DNA of 64,000 bases, from positions 1,824,001 to 1,888,000 of the forward strand of contig OY762209.1 of NCBI GenBank assembly GCA_963665295.1, given 5' to 3'. Below are positions 18,871 to 28,659 of the stretch, piece after piece. Origin of the DNA: Syntrophorhabdaceae bacterium. GTDB lineage: Bacteria > Desulfobacterota > Syntrophorhabdia > Syntrophorhabdales > Syntrophorhabdaceae. How positions within the stretch are numbered: the stretch's first letter is position 1; each line of letters starts with the position of its first letter. The translations under genes were made by a program, and so were the position numbers. The notes beneath the pieces are model-generated. The model saw only the letters and a program-made list of their open reading frames with translations, searched no databases and was not told the DNA's origin.

Positions 18871-19395
18871 GTGATAGAGTTTTCAATCAGAGAGACGTCC
18901 CTGGGCAATCTGGTGCTCGTGGCGAGAGAGGGCAGGATAATCGAACTCGACATCTCGCGGGAGCCCGGTTACGGGATAAGAAAGGCGATTCTCGCCCGGT
19001 TCGGGGAGGGGATCGAGTCGGATAGATCCTTCAGGATGGCGCACCTCCTTCTCGACAGGTACTTGAGGGGGCAGAAGGTCGATTTTGACATTGCCCTGGA
19101 CATCTCCGGCGAAGGTGAGTTCACGAGAAGGGTGCTTACCGAACTGATGAAGGTCCCTTACGGACAACTCACGAGCTACGGCAGGCTTTCTCAGAAACTG
19201 GGTTACAGGAACGCGGGCCGCGCGGTAGGCCAGGCGGTGGGGAGAAACCCTATTCCCATAATCATACCGTGTCACAGGGTTATCAGGGAGGACGGCACCA
19301 TCGGTGGTTTTTCCATGGGCCTAAGGGTCAAGGAGCGTTTGCTCGCATTGGAGGGTGTCAGGCTTCATTCATGCTACCCGTTCTATAACCTCTGA
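18871..19395 (+). CDS. ogt: Methylated-DNA-[protein]-cysteine S-methyltransferase
   Basis: VPYGQLTSY, RAVGQA.GRNPIPIIIPCHRVI, GGFS.GL.VK..LL.LEG; start estimated at GTG 18871. Confidence 0.92.
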   Translation: MIEFSIRETSLGNLVLVAREGRIIELDISREPGYGIRKAILARFGEGIESDRSFRMAHLLLDRYLRGQKVDFDIALDISGEGEFTRRVLTELMKVPYGQLTSYGRLSQKLGYRNAGRAVGQAVGRNPIPIIIPCHRVIREDGTIGGFSMGLRVKERLLALEGVRLHSCYPFYNL

Positions 19396-20227
19396 GATCG
19401 AGGGCGACGTAGGTGAAGCCGTAATCCTTGAGACGGCCTGTTATGGTTTCCCTGTTTGCAATCACCACATCGAATTCCCGGTCTATTACCTCTATTCTTG
19501 CGAGGTCACCGTGGTACCTTACCCTCACCTGGGTTACGCCAAGCCCTTTCAGGAACTCCTCGGACAGCTCGATCCTTTTCAACAGGCCCGTATCGATCGG
19601 GGTCCCATAGGGTATTCTCGACGCGAGACACGCGAGAGAGGGTTTGTCGTAGGTCGGTAGCCCGAGGTCTCTGGAGAGCTTTCTCACTTCTGCCTTGGTG
19701 AGGCGTGCCATAAGTATGGGACTCAGCACCTTCTTTTCCGCCGTGGCCCTTCTCCCCGGCCTGAAATCATCGAGGTCGTCAAGGTTCGAGCCTTCCACGA
19801 TACAGGTGAGGCCCCTTGCCCGCGCCGTTTCCTCCGCTTTGCCGAAGAGGTTCAGCTTGCAGTAGTAACAACGCTCCCGCGGGTTCCGCAGGAAATCGGC
19901 GTCTTCCATTTCGGTGGTATCCACGGAGACGTATTCTGCGCCCATGAGGTCCGCATATTCCCTGGCCTCCCGGATTTCCCTTTCAGGATATGAGGGGGAC
20001 AAGCCGATAAAGGCAAGCACCTTTTCCCTGCCCAGCACGTCGATACAGCATTTCAGAAGGAATGTGCTGTCGACGCCTCCCGAATATGCGACGAGCACCT
20101 TTTCAAGCCCCTTTATAATCCTTTTCAGGTCTTCGAATTTTGAGGCGGTATCATTCACATCCCTACTATAACAGGATGACGGCTGATATGCAACGGGGCC
20201 ATGTGCCATGATGCGGCGGCCCGGCAA
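19358..20227 (-). CDS. larE: ATP-dependent sacrificial sulfur transferase LarE
   Basis: PP-loop AYSGGVDS, RCYYCK, DDFRPG, ACLASRIPYG, VRVR.HG.LARIE, LDL.GYRTGSMN. The true start is probably the GTG near 20157. Confidence 0.9.
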   Translation of the reverse strand: MPGRRIMAHGPVAYQPSSCYSRDVNDTASKFEDLKRIIKGLEKVLVAYSGGVDSTFLLKCCIDVLGREKVLAFIGLSPSYPEREIREAREYADLMGAEYVSVDTTEMEDADFLRNPRERCYYCKLNLFGKAEETARARGLTCIVEGSNLDDLDDFRPGRRATAEKKVLSPILMARLTKAEVRKLSRDLGLPTYDKPSLACLASRIPYGTPIDTGLLKRIELSEEFLKGLGVTQVRVRYHGDLARIEVIDREFDVVIANRETITGRLKDYGFTYVALDLRGYRTGSMNEA

Positions 20228-20255
20228 TCCCGGCCATAAGGGGCACCCGCTCCCC

Positions 20256-20918
20256 TTATGGCTTGTAAAGGCGGAAGGCCTCGAAAATGCCGCCTATAAT
20301 AAACTGGACCGCGATGGAGAGGAGCATGAGACCCATTATCCTCCTTGCGACCCTGGTGCCCGTCTTCCCGAGATAGGCGAGGATCGGCCTGGCTTTCACG
20401 AGTATCACATAGGAAATGGCGAAAACGAGGGCGATGTTGCCGAGCAGGATGATCCTGTTGAGGAAGTGCCCTGCGGTCTCGAAAAGGACTATGCCCGTAG
20501 TGAACGCGCCGGGACCCGCGAGGAGGGGAATGGCCAGGGGGATAACCGTGATGTCGTCCATGGCCGCGCTGGTTTCTTCCTCTGCCGAGGAGGACTGGGT
20601 CTTCGTGCCCTGCCCCAGAAGCATTTCTATGGAGATGATCATGAGGAGAATGCCGCCCGCAATCCTGAAGGCGAATATCTCCACGCCCAGAAGCCGGAAG
20701 AACAGATTGCCGCCCACGGTCACCACCATCACGGTCAGGGCGGCGATGAAGGTCGCCTTCTTCACCATGGATGTCTTCTGGACCTCTCCGAAGCGGTCAA
20801 GGAGGGCGACGAAGAGAGGGACGTTCCCTATGGCATTCACTATGACGAACAATGATATGAAGGAGTGGAGAAAAAAGGTGCCGCTGTGGGAGCGGATCAG
20901 GTTGTGCAGGATATCCAT
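20256..20918 (-). CDS. marC: MarC family membrane protein
   Basis: LFVIVNAIGNVPLF, AFRIAGGILL, PLAIPLLAGPG, RIMGLMLLSIAVQFI. Confidence 0.9.
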   Translation of the reverse strand: MDILHNLIRSHSGTFFLHSFISLFVIVNAIGNVPLFVALLDRFGEVQKTSMVKKATFIAALTVMVVTVGGNLFFRLLGVEIFAFRIAGGILLMIISIEMLLGQGTKTQSSSAEEETSAAMDDITVIPLAIPLLAGPGAFTTGIVLFETAGHFLNRIILLGNIALVFAISYVILVKARPILAYLGKTGTRVARRIMGLMLLSIAVQFIIGGIFEAFRLYKP

Positions 20919-21020
20919 TGAGAGAATATAGGCAGTCTGTGCCGATATTTAAATGCCCGGGCCGGAAACAGTATGTCCCGGAGGCGTTGGGCGTGCGCCC
21001 CTAACGCGGGTGGAGAAGGG

Positions 21021-21278
21021 TCATCGGGCAAGCTGAGCCCGTTCCGGCACACCGTTCCTCGCCCGTGAAGAGAAGTTCTTGCAGGACGCGCAGATGGTCT
21101 CTATCCTGGTGCGGGCTTTTTCGGTAAGGAATCCGCCGTACCTATCCGCCGCACGGATCAGGACCTGCACCTCGCCGCTGCATTTGTATGTACGGGCGTT
21201 GTCGCATAAGGTGAAGACGTTCATGGTGAAAAAATTCCCTCCCTGATCCGAGACTGAGACCTTACCGGTCCGAGACAA
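21021..21278 (-). CDS. Small hypothetical protein with Cys residues (possible metal binding)
   Basis: Probable start MNVFTLC after GGAGG; C..C-x2-C pattern. Confidence 0.45.
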   Translation of the reverse strand: MSRTGKVSVSDQGGNFFTMNVFTLCDNARTYKCSGEVQVLIRAADRYGGFLTEKARTRIETICASCKNFSSRARNGVPERAQLAR

Positions 21279-21442
21279 TTGAGCGCCGGTCGCTGCGGGG
21301 ATTTGTACATCAAACCAAGGACATGGGCCGTCGGGCCGAATCGTGCCGGCGGCGCGTCAATCTCTTAGAAATATAAGCTCTCCCACGGAAAAGTCAATGG
21401 GACAGGCCAGGGAATTTCGACTCCGGAAGGAGTCAATTCCTT

Positions 21443-23890
21443 TCAGGGAGATGCGCTCCGGACCATTTCCATAAGGAGCCGTTCAAGCTCCCTGACCGTG
21501 TCTACATCCTCGAATATCCGGTGGTTGGTGGAGAGTATCTTCTCTTTTATCTCCCTTCGATACGACGGATCAGAGGCCAGGCGCACCGCCATCGTCACAT
21601 ACTCGTCCGGCGTGGAAACCACGCAGTCCATAACACCCATCCGTTGATAGAGGGAGATGGTCTGGCGGCCCCGCATGAAGGCTCCGGGCATTGTCACCAC
21701 CGGCGTCCCCACTGTGAGAGCGTCGAAGGTCGTAGCCCCTCCGTTGAAATGCACCGTGTCCAGAACCACGCCGGAAAGGGCGACGAGGTTCATGTAGTCG
21801 TCGTAGTCGTACCTTGGAATTATATGGACGCGGTCCGTCATGTCGCCCAGCCTTCGACGAAGCCGCCCTGTGAGGAGGTCCGCCCAGCTTCCATGTTTCC
21901 CGTGGAAGAAGACGATGATACCCTCCCTGTCGCGATTCAGTATCCCTTCGATGATTTCGTCGAAATCAGGATGGACCTTGAATAGGGACTGGCAGCAAAG
22001 ATAGAGGTGGCCTTTGTCCGGGAGGCCGAAATACCCTCTCGTTCCGGTGAGTTCCTTTATGTCTGGTTTCAAATAGCATGCGTAGGTTACCCTTCCCGGG
22101 AGCTTGACGAGTTTTTCGCGGTAATGGGCGTCACTCCCCTCGATCTCGCAAAGCTCGTGGGAGATGAAGTAGTCCACCGTCTCGATCCCCGTGGTGATGG
22201 GGTGTCCGTAAAAGGCGCACTGGACGGGGGCCAGCCGGTTGAAGGCGAGAAAATAGGTGTAGGGCTCCATACCTATGTCGGGATAGAAGAGAATGTCCAG
22301 TTCCGCCTCCGAGACAACCCGGCATATGGCTGCCATCGATTCGGGAACGGGAGTAGCCGAATCCGAATGTCTCTCCACGAAATCCACCACTTCATCCTTC
22401 CTGTTAGGGAAGAGAAAGGTGTGCACTTCAAAGATGTCACGGTTGAGATGGGCTATGATGCCCGACATGTATTTACCTATGGTGTGATTTTTCAAATGCC
22501 TCGACAGGAAGCCTATCCTTATCCTTCCGTGTCTTCCCTGCTGCCCGGACGTGCGGCAGTGAGGGGCCGTAAAACCGAGACCCGGGCATATCCGCTTGTA
22601 GAACCCGGCGAGTTTTGTCTGAAGGGCCTTCCCATCAGTGCCGTGATAGGCGAGGTAGAAGTTGGCCCTCCCTATCTGCTTTATGGGGTCGTCGATGGTG
22701 AGTCCTTCCCGGAGCAGGGCGTCAATGCCTTCTTCAAGGTCCTGTCGCGTCCATTCCATCTCCTCCGTGGACCGATAGATCACGGGGACGAGGGTTGCCA
22801 GGGCGACCTTGAGGCCGGGGTGCGGCTCCAGGGCATATGCCCTTCGGTAACACGCGCGGGCAGCCTCGGTGAACCCTTCTTCGGCCAGTATCATTCCGAG
22901 GTTGGTATGACCTGTTGCGTAGCTGTCCCTGATTCTTACCGTCTTTTCAAAATGTTTTTTCGCCTCCTCAAACAGGCCGAGACCGTAACAGGCGACTCCA
23001 AGGTTGTTGTGGGCCTCCGCGAAACCGGGTTTCAGCCTGACCGCTTCCATGAAACAGCCGGACGCTTCTTCGTAGCGCCCGAGCTTCTGGTAGGCAAGGC
23101 CGAGGTTGTTAAGGCCGTCGATAAAGGAGGGGTCAAGGCCGACCGCGTCGCGAAAGCAGGCCAGGGCCTCTTCGACGGCGCCCTGTCCCACGAGCACGGT
23201 CCCCAGGCAGTTAAAAATCTCTACGGAATGGGGGTCCGCCTTCACATCCTCCCTGTACTGCCTCAATTCGCCGGAAATGCCGCCCGATTCACGGAACGCA
23301 ACGAGGAGCCCCGCATATGCGTCCATAAGTCCCGGTTGGTGACCGTTAACCCTTTTGAAACACCGGGCCGCGTCCCGAGGACGGTCCGTCTGGAGGAAGG
23401 TGCTTCCCAGGTTCATGAGGACCGTAGTGGATGCCGGGTTTATGAGAAGGGCGCGCTCGTAGGCCCCGATGGCCCGGCCATAAAGTCCCAACTCGTGAAA
23501 GAGTATGCCGAGGTTGTTCAGGGCCTCCACGAAGTCCGGCCGGAGGACGATCGCCCTTTCGTAGCATTCCACCGCGTCCGGCGCAAGATAAAGCGCCCGG
23601 TACACGTCCCCAAGGGTATAATGGTAAAAGGGGTTCTCCGGCTCGGCCCTTATGGCCCGGTCCACATATTCCTTCGCCGATTCATATTCGGCCTTGTTGC
23701 AGTGGACGAGGCCGAGGAGCCACGACGCGCGGCCATGTGAGGGCTCCCGGGCGAGGACGTCCCGGCACAGGCGCTCCGTCTCTCCGGGGTTCCCGGATCG
23801 TAACTGCTCGAGGGCAGTCTCCAGAATTTCGTTCATGCCGACAGTGTCCTGTTCAGAAGATATACCGGCGCCTTCGCTCAAATCCGTCAA
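21443..23890 (-). CDS. TPR-repeat O-GlcNAc transferase (GT41/SPINDLY-like)
   Basis: Multiple TPRs (EALNNLG, AHNNLG), then RIRIGFLS.HL.NHTIG, LDILFYPDIGM, RLAPVQ..YGHP.TTG, LDT..FNGGATT.DAL..G.PVVT.PG..MRGR. Confidence 0.9.
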   Translation of the reverse strand: MTDLSEGAGISSEQDTVGMNEILETALEQLRSGNPGETERLCRDVLAREPSHGRASWLLGLVHCNKAEYESAKEYVDRAIRAEPENPFYHYTLGDVYRALYLAPDAVECYERAIVLRPDFVEALNNLGILFHELGLYGRAIGAYERALLINPASTTVLMNLGSTFLQTDRPRDAARCFKRVNGHQPGLMDAYAGLLVAFRESGGISGELRQYREDVKADPHSVEIFNCLGTVLVGQGAVEEALACFRDAVGLDPSFIDGLNNLGLAYQKLGRYEEASGCFMEAVRLKPGFAEAHNNLGVACYGLGLFEEAKKHFEKTVRIRDSYATGHTNLGMILAEEGFTEAARACYRRAYALEPHPGLKVALATLVPVIYRSTEEMEWTRQDLEEGIDALLREGLTIDDPIKQIGRANFYLAYHGTDGKALQTKLAGFYKRICPGLGFTAPHCRTSGQQGRHGRIRIGFLSRHLKNHTIGKYMSGIIAHLNRDIFEVHTFLFPNRKDEVVDFVERHSDSATPVPESMAAICRVVSEAELDILFYPDIGMEPYTYFLAFNRLAPVQCAFYGHPITTGIETVDYFISHELCEIEGSDAHYREKLVKLPGRVTYACYLKPDIKELTGTRGYFGLPDKGHLYLCCQSLFKVHPDFDEIIEGILNRDREGIIVFFHGKHGSWADLLTGRLRRRLGDMTDRVHIIPRYDYDDYMNLVALSGVVLDTVHFNGGATTFDALTVGTPVVTMPGAFMRGRQTISLYQRMGVMDCVVSTPDEYVTMAVRLASDPSYRREIKEKILSTNHRIFEDVDTVRELERLLMEMVRSASP

Positions 23891-23969
23891 TAGTCTGACG
23901 CCCTTTCAGGGTCCGGGCCGCTTATGGGCCTCGATTCCCTACGGTTTCCCAGTTTCACACTGATTAACA

Positions 23970-23985
23970 AGCAAACCCCGTGCCA
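23970..23985 (-). promoter_or_regulatory. Sigma54 (-24/-12) promoter upstream of the GT41 gene
   Basis: Minus strand TGGCACGGGGTTTGCT matches TGGCAC-N5-TTGCW. Confidence 0.75.
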
Positions 23986-24092
23986 TTCAGCCTGATAGGG
24001 GGTTACGAAAATCAATCCGCACCGCGGGCAAATTCGGGGAGAGGGCATTATATTACGGATAGCGGTAAAAAACGAAATAACCAGGGAGGATT

Positions 24093-24992
24093 CTATGGAT
24101 AGAAGAAGTTTTCTGAAGGGAGCGCCGACATAACGGTAGCCTCATAGTGTCGCGGAGGTGAGAGGAATCGGGCTTTCTGTTCCTTTTTCGGCGGGGTCCG
24201 GGAGCCGAACATCCTGAAAGGATAGGTGATAGTATCCCACAGAAGGCCCAACCATGTCCTGCTGTACGCATACCCGTGGATAAGGTCCTGCCTTTCCGAT
24301 ATGTCCGGCGCTACGGAAAAGTCCCTCCACTTGTTCCGGGCGATCTCTTTCCTGTCTTCTTCGCTGAAGCAGACCGTCTTGTTGGCGCACAGGTGGTCGC
24401 CGACCACACAGATGGTATAGGCGCTCATGGCCTCACCCGTGTGGACGTGTCTGAACAGGAATGCGTGTCCCAACTCGTGGACCAGGACCTGGGGGTTGTC
24501 CCGCCGGAGCACCACGTATCTCCGGTACTCGTCGTCGATGGCCCCTGTCCAGCCGCCGAACATATTGAAAACGAGGGCTTCGGCGGGGTCCATGTCGTAA
24601 AAGGCTATTGCCATATCAAAGGGCTTCGGGTATGTCTTCATGGCGTCTATGAGCTGCCCAAGCATCTCGTCCCGGGTCCCGGGCGCCCACTCGATCGTGA
24701 GGGTGTCCTTCACGGTGAGTTCGATGCCCGTCTGCTCATAGAATATTCCGCAGGCCTTTTCCAGAATGTCCCTGACCTCTTCCCCGTCGGCGGCATCATC
24801 CACGACCAACACGGCGGCGATCTCCCGCGTCGGCCGGACTTCGGCGGGTGTCTCGCCGTTCAGGCAATGGGTCGTAAAGCTGCACGCGGAGGCGGTAAGC
24901 CAGATTGCCAAGGAGAGCATCAAGGGAAGCACGGGGAATACCCTGCTTCGCCGGCCCGGCCCCCCGGACCTGTCGTTTCCGGTTTGCTCCAT
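24093..24992 (-). CDS. Putative lipoprotein zinc metalloprotease (HExxH)
   Basis: Hydrophobic leader with ASAC, and VLVHELGHAFLFRH..EAM (HExxHxxxxxH plus Met-turn-like). Confidence 0.65.
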   Translation of the reverse strand: MEQTGNDRSGGPGRRSRVFPVLPLMLSLAIWLTASACSFTTHCLNGETPAEVRPTREIAAVLVVDDAADGEEVRDILEKACGIFYEQTGIELTVKDTLTIEWAPGTRDEMLGQLIDAMKTYPKPFDMAIAFYDMDPAEALVFNMFGGWTGAIDDEYRRYVVLRRDNPQVLVHELGHAFLFRHVHTGEAMSAYTICVVGDHLCANKTVCFSEEDRKEIARNKWRDFSVAPDISERQDLIHGYAYSRTWLGLLWDTITYPFRMFGSRTPPKKEQKARFLSPPRHYEATVMSALPSENFFYP

Positions 24993-25076
24993 GATTTTGA
25001 CTCCTGACTGAAAGCTAATGACTTGGATATGACCTGTCAACGAGCCGACTTTGCCGGAACAACAGCCGCCTGTTTT

Positions 25077-26192
25077 CTATCGCGGAAGGGTAATCACGAA
25101 CCGGGTGTCCTGACCGGGGGTGCTCTCAGCCCTGATCGTCCCTCCATGGACGAGGACAAAAGCGCGCGCGAGGCTGAGGCCAAGACCGTTTCCCGGTGTG
25201 GACCTGTTCTTCTCTCCTCTGAAGAACCGGTCGAAAATATGCGGGAGGTCTTCTTCGGATATGCCGTCGCCCGGGTTCTCCACACGTATGAGGGCGGCCG
25301 ACGGAATCTCTTCCACCGAGATGCCGACCGATCCCCCATGATGAGTGTACTTTATTGCATTGTCGACAAGGTTCGAGAAGACCCGTTGCAGCTTCTTGAG
25401 ATCGCCCCGCATCGACAGGGTTTCCGGGGCCCGGATGACCATGGTTATGTTCCGGTCTTCGGCCAAAGGTTGAAAAAGATCGCACACGTCGCGAAGCAAC
25501 GCGACAAGATCGACATCCTGCGGAACAAGTTTCATGAGTCCCGACTCCGCCTCGGAGATGTCGAGCATGGCGTTGATCATCCCCAGAAGCCGGTCGCATT
25601 CTTCAATGATGGTTCCCGCCATGGCCGCATGGTCCTCATCGATGTTCTTGCCCACGCCTGTAATATCCATCTCGGCCACGCCCCTCATACGCGTTATGGG
25701 GCTCCTGAGGTCGTGGGCTATATTTTCCGTAATCTCCCTCATCTGGCCGATGAGGTCCCGGACCCGGTTCACCATTGCATTAAACGCCTGGGCCAGGCGG
25801 TCTATCTCGTCCCCGCGCCCTGTGATGGGCACCCGCCTGTCGAGGGCTCCGTTCGTGATATCGACTGCGGCCCGTGTCACCTCTTCGACCCCGGAAAGCG
25901 CCCTTTTCGCCATGAGCCAACCGCCCCCGGCAGACAACAGTATGATGATCGCCAAAGGCATGCCGAAGTAATGGCGGAACGCTTCCCGAAGCTCCGACAG
26001 CGCATGACGGCCGACGCCGTGGCTCCCATGAAGCTGTAGTATATAGAAGGCGAGCAAGGTCGCAAGAAGCGACACGGCAAAGAACCCCGCATACCAGATG
26101 GTGAGGCGGAATGCGACCGAACGGCTGAGGTTACCGAGACGCTTTAAGAACGTATCCCGCTCCCCGGACCGTGTGGATAAGCTTGTTTTCAT
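25077..26192 (-). CDS. HAMP-domain sensor histidine kinase
   Basis: 2 TM segments, HAMP (GDEIDRLAQAFNAM), NIAHDLRSP, NLVDNAIKY, G.GI, FDRFFR, GNGLGL. Confidence 0.92.
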   Translation of the reverse strand: MKTSLSTRSGERDTFLKRLGNLSRSVAFRLTIWYAGFFAVSLLATLLAFYILQLHGSHGVGRHALSELREAFRHYFGMPLAIIILLSAGGGWLMAKRALSGVEEVTRAAVDITNGALDRRVPITGRGDEIDRLAQAFNAMVNRVRDLIGQMREITENIAHDLRSPITRMRGVAEMDITGVGKNIDEDHAAMAGTIIEECDRLLGMINAMLDISEAESGLMKLVPQDVDLVALLRDVCDLFQPLAEDRNITMVIRAPETLSMRGDLKKLQRVFSNLVDNAIKYTHHGGSVGISVEEIPSAALIRVENPGDGISEEDLPHIFDRFFRGEKNRSTPGNGLGLSLARAFVLVHGGTIRAESTPGQDTRFVITLPR

Positions 26193-26823
26193 AATCCCCG
26201 TCCACCTTGTCCCGGAGTTTGCTGATCCGGGCCTCGACGATATTGGTTTGCGGATCGAAGTTCAGGTCCCACACGTGTTCCATGATCATGGTTTTGGAGA
26301 CGACCCTGCCCGTGTTCCGCACGAGGTATTCGAGAAGGCCGAATTCCTTGGGCTGAAGGTCGATCCTGCGGCCCGAGCGGAAGACCTCTCTCGAAAGAAG
26401 GTCGATCGTGAGGTCCGCTACCTCCAGCACGGTGGGACTGGGCGCGCCCGTCGCCCGGCGGATCAGGGCATTGACGCGGGCGAGAAGCTCGGAAAAGGCA
26501 AAAGGCTTTGTAAGGTAATCGTCGCTCCCCGTTTGCAGGCCCTTCACCCGGTCTTCCACTGAACGCTTTGCGCTCAGCACTATTATGGGGACATTCGGTT
26601 TCGGCCCCCTCAGTTCTGCGATGAGCGTGAGACCGTCCTTCTTCGGCAGCATGATATCCACGACAATCACGTCATAGGGCTCGGTAAGGGCGAGATGGAG
26701 ACCATCCTCCCCGTTGTCCGCGTGGTCCGCCGCAAAACCCGCCTGCCTCAATCCCTTTATCACAAAAGAAGATATGCCCTGATCATCTTCCACGAACAAA
26801 ACCCGCATCGCCGTTTCCTCCAT
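26131..26823 (-). CDS. OmpR-family response regulator (CusR/CzcR-like)
   Basis: LFVEDD, DIMLP..DG, DDYLTKPFAFSELLAR, KEFGLLEYL, HTVRGAGY. Confidence 0.95.
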   Translation of the reverse strand: MEETAMRVLFVEDDQGISSFVIKGLRQAGFAADHADNGEDGLHLALTEPYDVIVVDIMLPKKDGLTLIAELRGPKPNVPIIVLSAKRSVEDRVKGLQTGSDDYLTKPFAFSELLARVNALIRRATGAPSPTVLEVADLTIDLLSREVFRSGRRIDLQPKEFGLLEYLVRNTGRVVSKTMIMEHVWDLNFDPQTNIVEARISKLRDKVDGDYENKLIHTVRGAGYVLKASR

Positions 26824-26952
26824 GCGCCATTGGTCCCATGTACTCTACCATGAATCGGTCAACCCCGCCAGATGCGGCCTGCCCCGGCGGACCTTCCTTC
26901 ACGCCACGCGCTCCCCACGGCTACCCCGCCGTTGAAGCGCCGGATCAGGAAT

Positions 26953-28659
26953 TCATCGCCCCGGGCCGGCGTTGACGGCAAGGCACCGGTTGTCCCGACA
27001 GACAGGGGCTACCTCTTTTCCGATCCCCAGCCCACGAAGGCGCTCAAGCCTTTTTTCCCTGAATAACACCCACACTTCCCTGTCCGACCGGAAGAGACGC
27101 GCCAGTTCGTCCTCGCTGATGAAGTACTGCTTTGCATCTTCGTACCCGGCGCCCATCGCGAGTTCCCCGGTGTACGCGGCAATATGGGTTCTCTTCTTGA
27201 GGTAGAAGGGAAGGGTCTCGTCAAAAGTGCCGTAGCTCACCACAAGGGCATCGGCTCTGGCCTCCCTGCTCACGGTCCCGGCCTGCCCTTTCGTGGTATT
27301 GAGTTCGTCTGCCACGTGGGCATGAAGCATAAGGGCAATGGTCACAAAGAGGGAAAAGCCGACCAGCAGGGAGAATAAGGAACTTACGGTGCGCATCCTT
27401 TTCACCACAAGGGAAAGGGCGGCAATAAAAGAAATACCCGCCAGGGCCCATGAAAAGCCCCGGACGCCATGGAGCACTGAGGCGATGTCCGGCTTCGCGG
27501 CGAGATACGGGTAAATGAGGCCTGAACCGCAGGCAAGGCCCGCGCACATAATCAAAAAGAAGAAGACTCCGTAGACGATCGTTTCCCAGCCTTGCGCCAC
27601 ATGATGCCAATTCTCCTCGAAGAATGCCGCCAGCACGACGCAAAGGGCGGGGAAGACGGGAAGGATATAGGGCGGCAGCTTCGACCCCGACACGCTGAAA
27701 AAAGCAAACACAACAGCGGACCATATGAGGAGCAGCCTGAGATCCCTCCTGCGCCACAGGCTGTCGAGTGCCCTGGGGAGAAAGACGGACCACGGGAAGA
27801 GGCCTCCCAGCAAAACGGGGACGAAATAATAGATGGGTCTGGACCTTTTGTGCTTCTTTGTGAGAAACCTTAATATGTGCTGGTCTATAAAGAAGAAGTG
27901 AAAGAACTCCTTTTCCATTATCGATACTGCCACAAACCAGGGAGCCGCGATGAGAACAAAGAGAAGGATGCCCTTTATGGAGGCCATTTCTTTGAGGAAG
28001 GATATCCTCTTCTCGGTTATGAGAAAGAGGACGATCGTGACACCCATGAGGATTATGGCGACCGGTCCCTTGGCCAAAACGGCAAGAGCCCACGTGATAG
28101 AGAAAAGGTAGAGAAACAGGGCCCTCTTTTCCCGATAGAACCCAAGAAAGGAAAGGAGTGAAATGAAAAGAAGGGACGAAAAGAGCATGTCTATGGTCAC
28201 GATATGGGCAAGGGCGATGAAACTGAAGCACGACATGAGGATAAGGGCGGCGAGAAGACCGGTCTTAACGGAAAACCACCTGGCTGTGAAGAGATAGGTA
28301 ACCACCACGCAGAGCAGGGCGACGAGGGCGTTGGGCGGCCTGAATGACCACTCGTTCGCGCCCGATATCCTGAAGGAGAGAGCGGTCATCCAGTAGTGCA
28401 AGGGAGGTTTCTCAAAGTACCGCACATAGTCGAGGCGGGGCACCATGTAGTCCCCCTGTTCTACCATTTCACGGGGGATCTCCGCATACCTGCCCTCATC
28501 GGGTTCCTTGAGCGAATAGCTGCCGAGGTTGAAAAAGAAGAAGAACAAGGACAAAAGGAAGATGGCGAGCAGGCCGAGGGCTTTCTTGTTTTTGACGAGA
28601 TGTGCCTTCGTATCCTCTATGAGCCCCTGTTTCATGGTTCCTTCGTCAGGGACTTTCAC
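26953..28659 (-). CDS. arnT: ArnT family glycosyltransferase
   Basis: EPDEGRYAEIPREM..GDY.VPRL..VRYFEKPPL.YW, LAKGP, SKLPPYILP.FP. Confidence 0.85.
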   Translation of the reverse strand: MKVPDEGTMKQGLIEDTKAHLVKNKKALGLLAIFLLSLFFFFFNLGSYSLKEPDEGRYAEIPREMVEQGDYMVPRLDYVRYFEKPPLHYWMTALSFRISGANEWSFRPPNALVALLCVVVTYLFTARWFSVKTGLLAALILMSCFSFIALAHIVTIDMLFSSLLFISLLSFLGFYREKRALFLYLFSITWALAVLAKGPVAIILMGVTIVLFLITEKRISFLKEMASIKGILLFVLIAAPWFVAVSIMEKEFFHFFFIDQHILRFLTKKHKRSRPIYYFVPVLLGGLFPWSVFLPRALDSLWRRRDLRLLLIWSAVVFAFFSVSGSKLPPYILPVFPALCVVLAAFFEENWHHVAQGWETIVYGVFFFLIMCAGLACGSGLIYPYLAAKPDIASVLHGVRGFSWALAGISFIAALSLVVKRMRTVSSLFSLLVGFSLFVTIALMLHAHVADELNTTKGQAGTVSREARADALVVSYGTFDETLPFYLKKRTHIAAYTGELAMGAGYEDAKQYFISEDELARLFRSDREVWVLFREKRLERLRGLGIGKEVAPVCRDNRCLAVNAGPGR

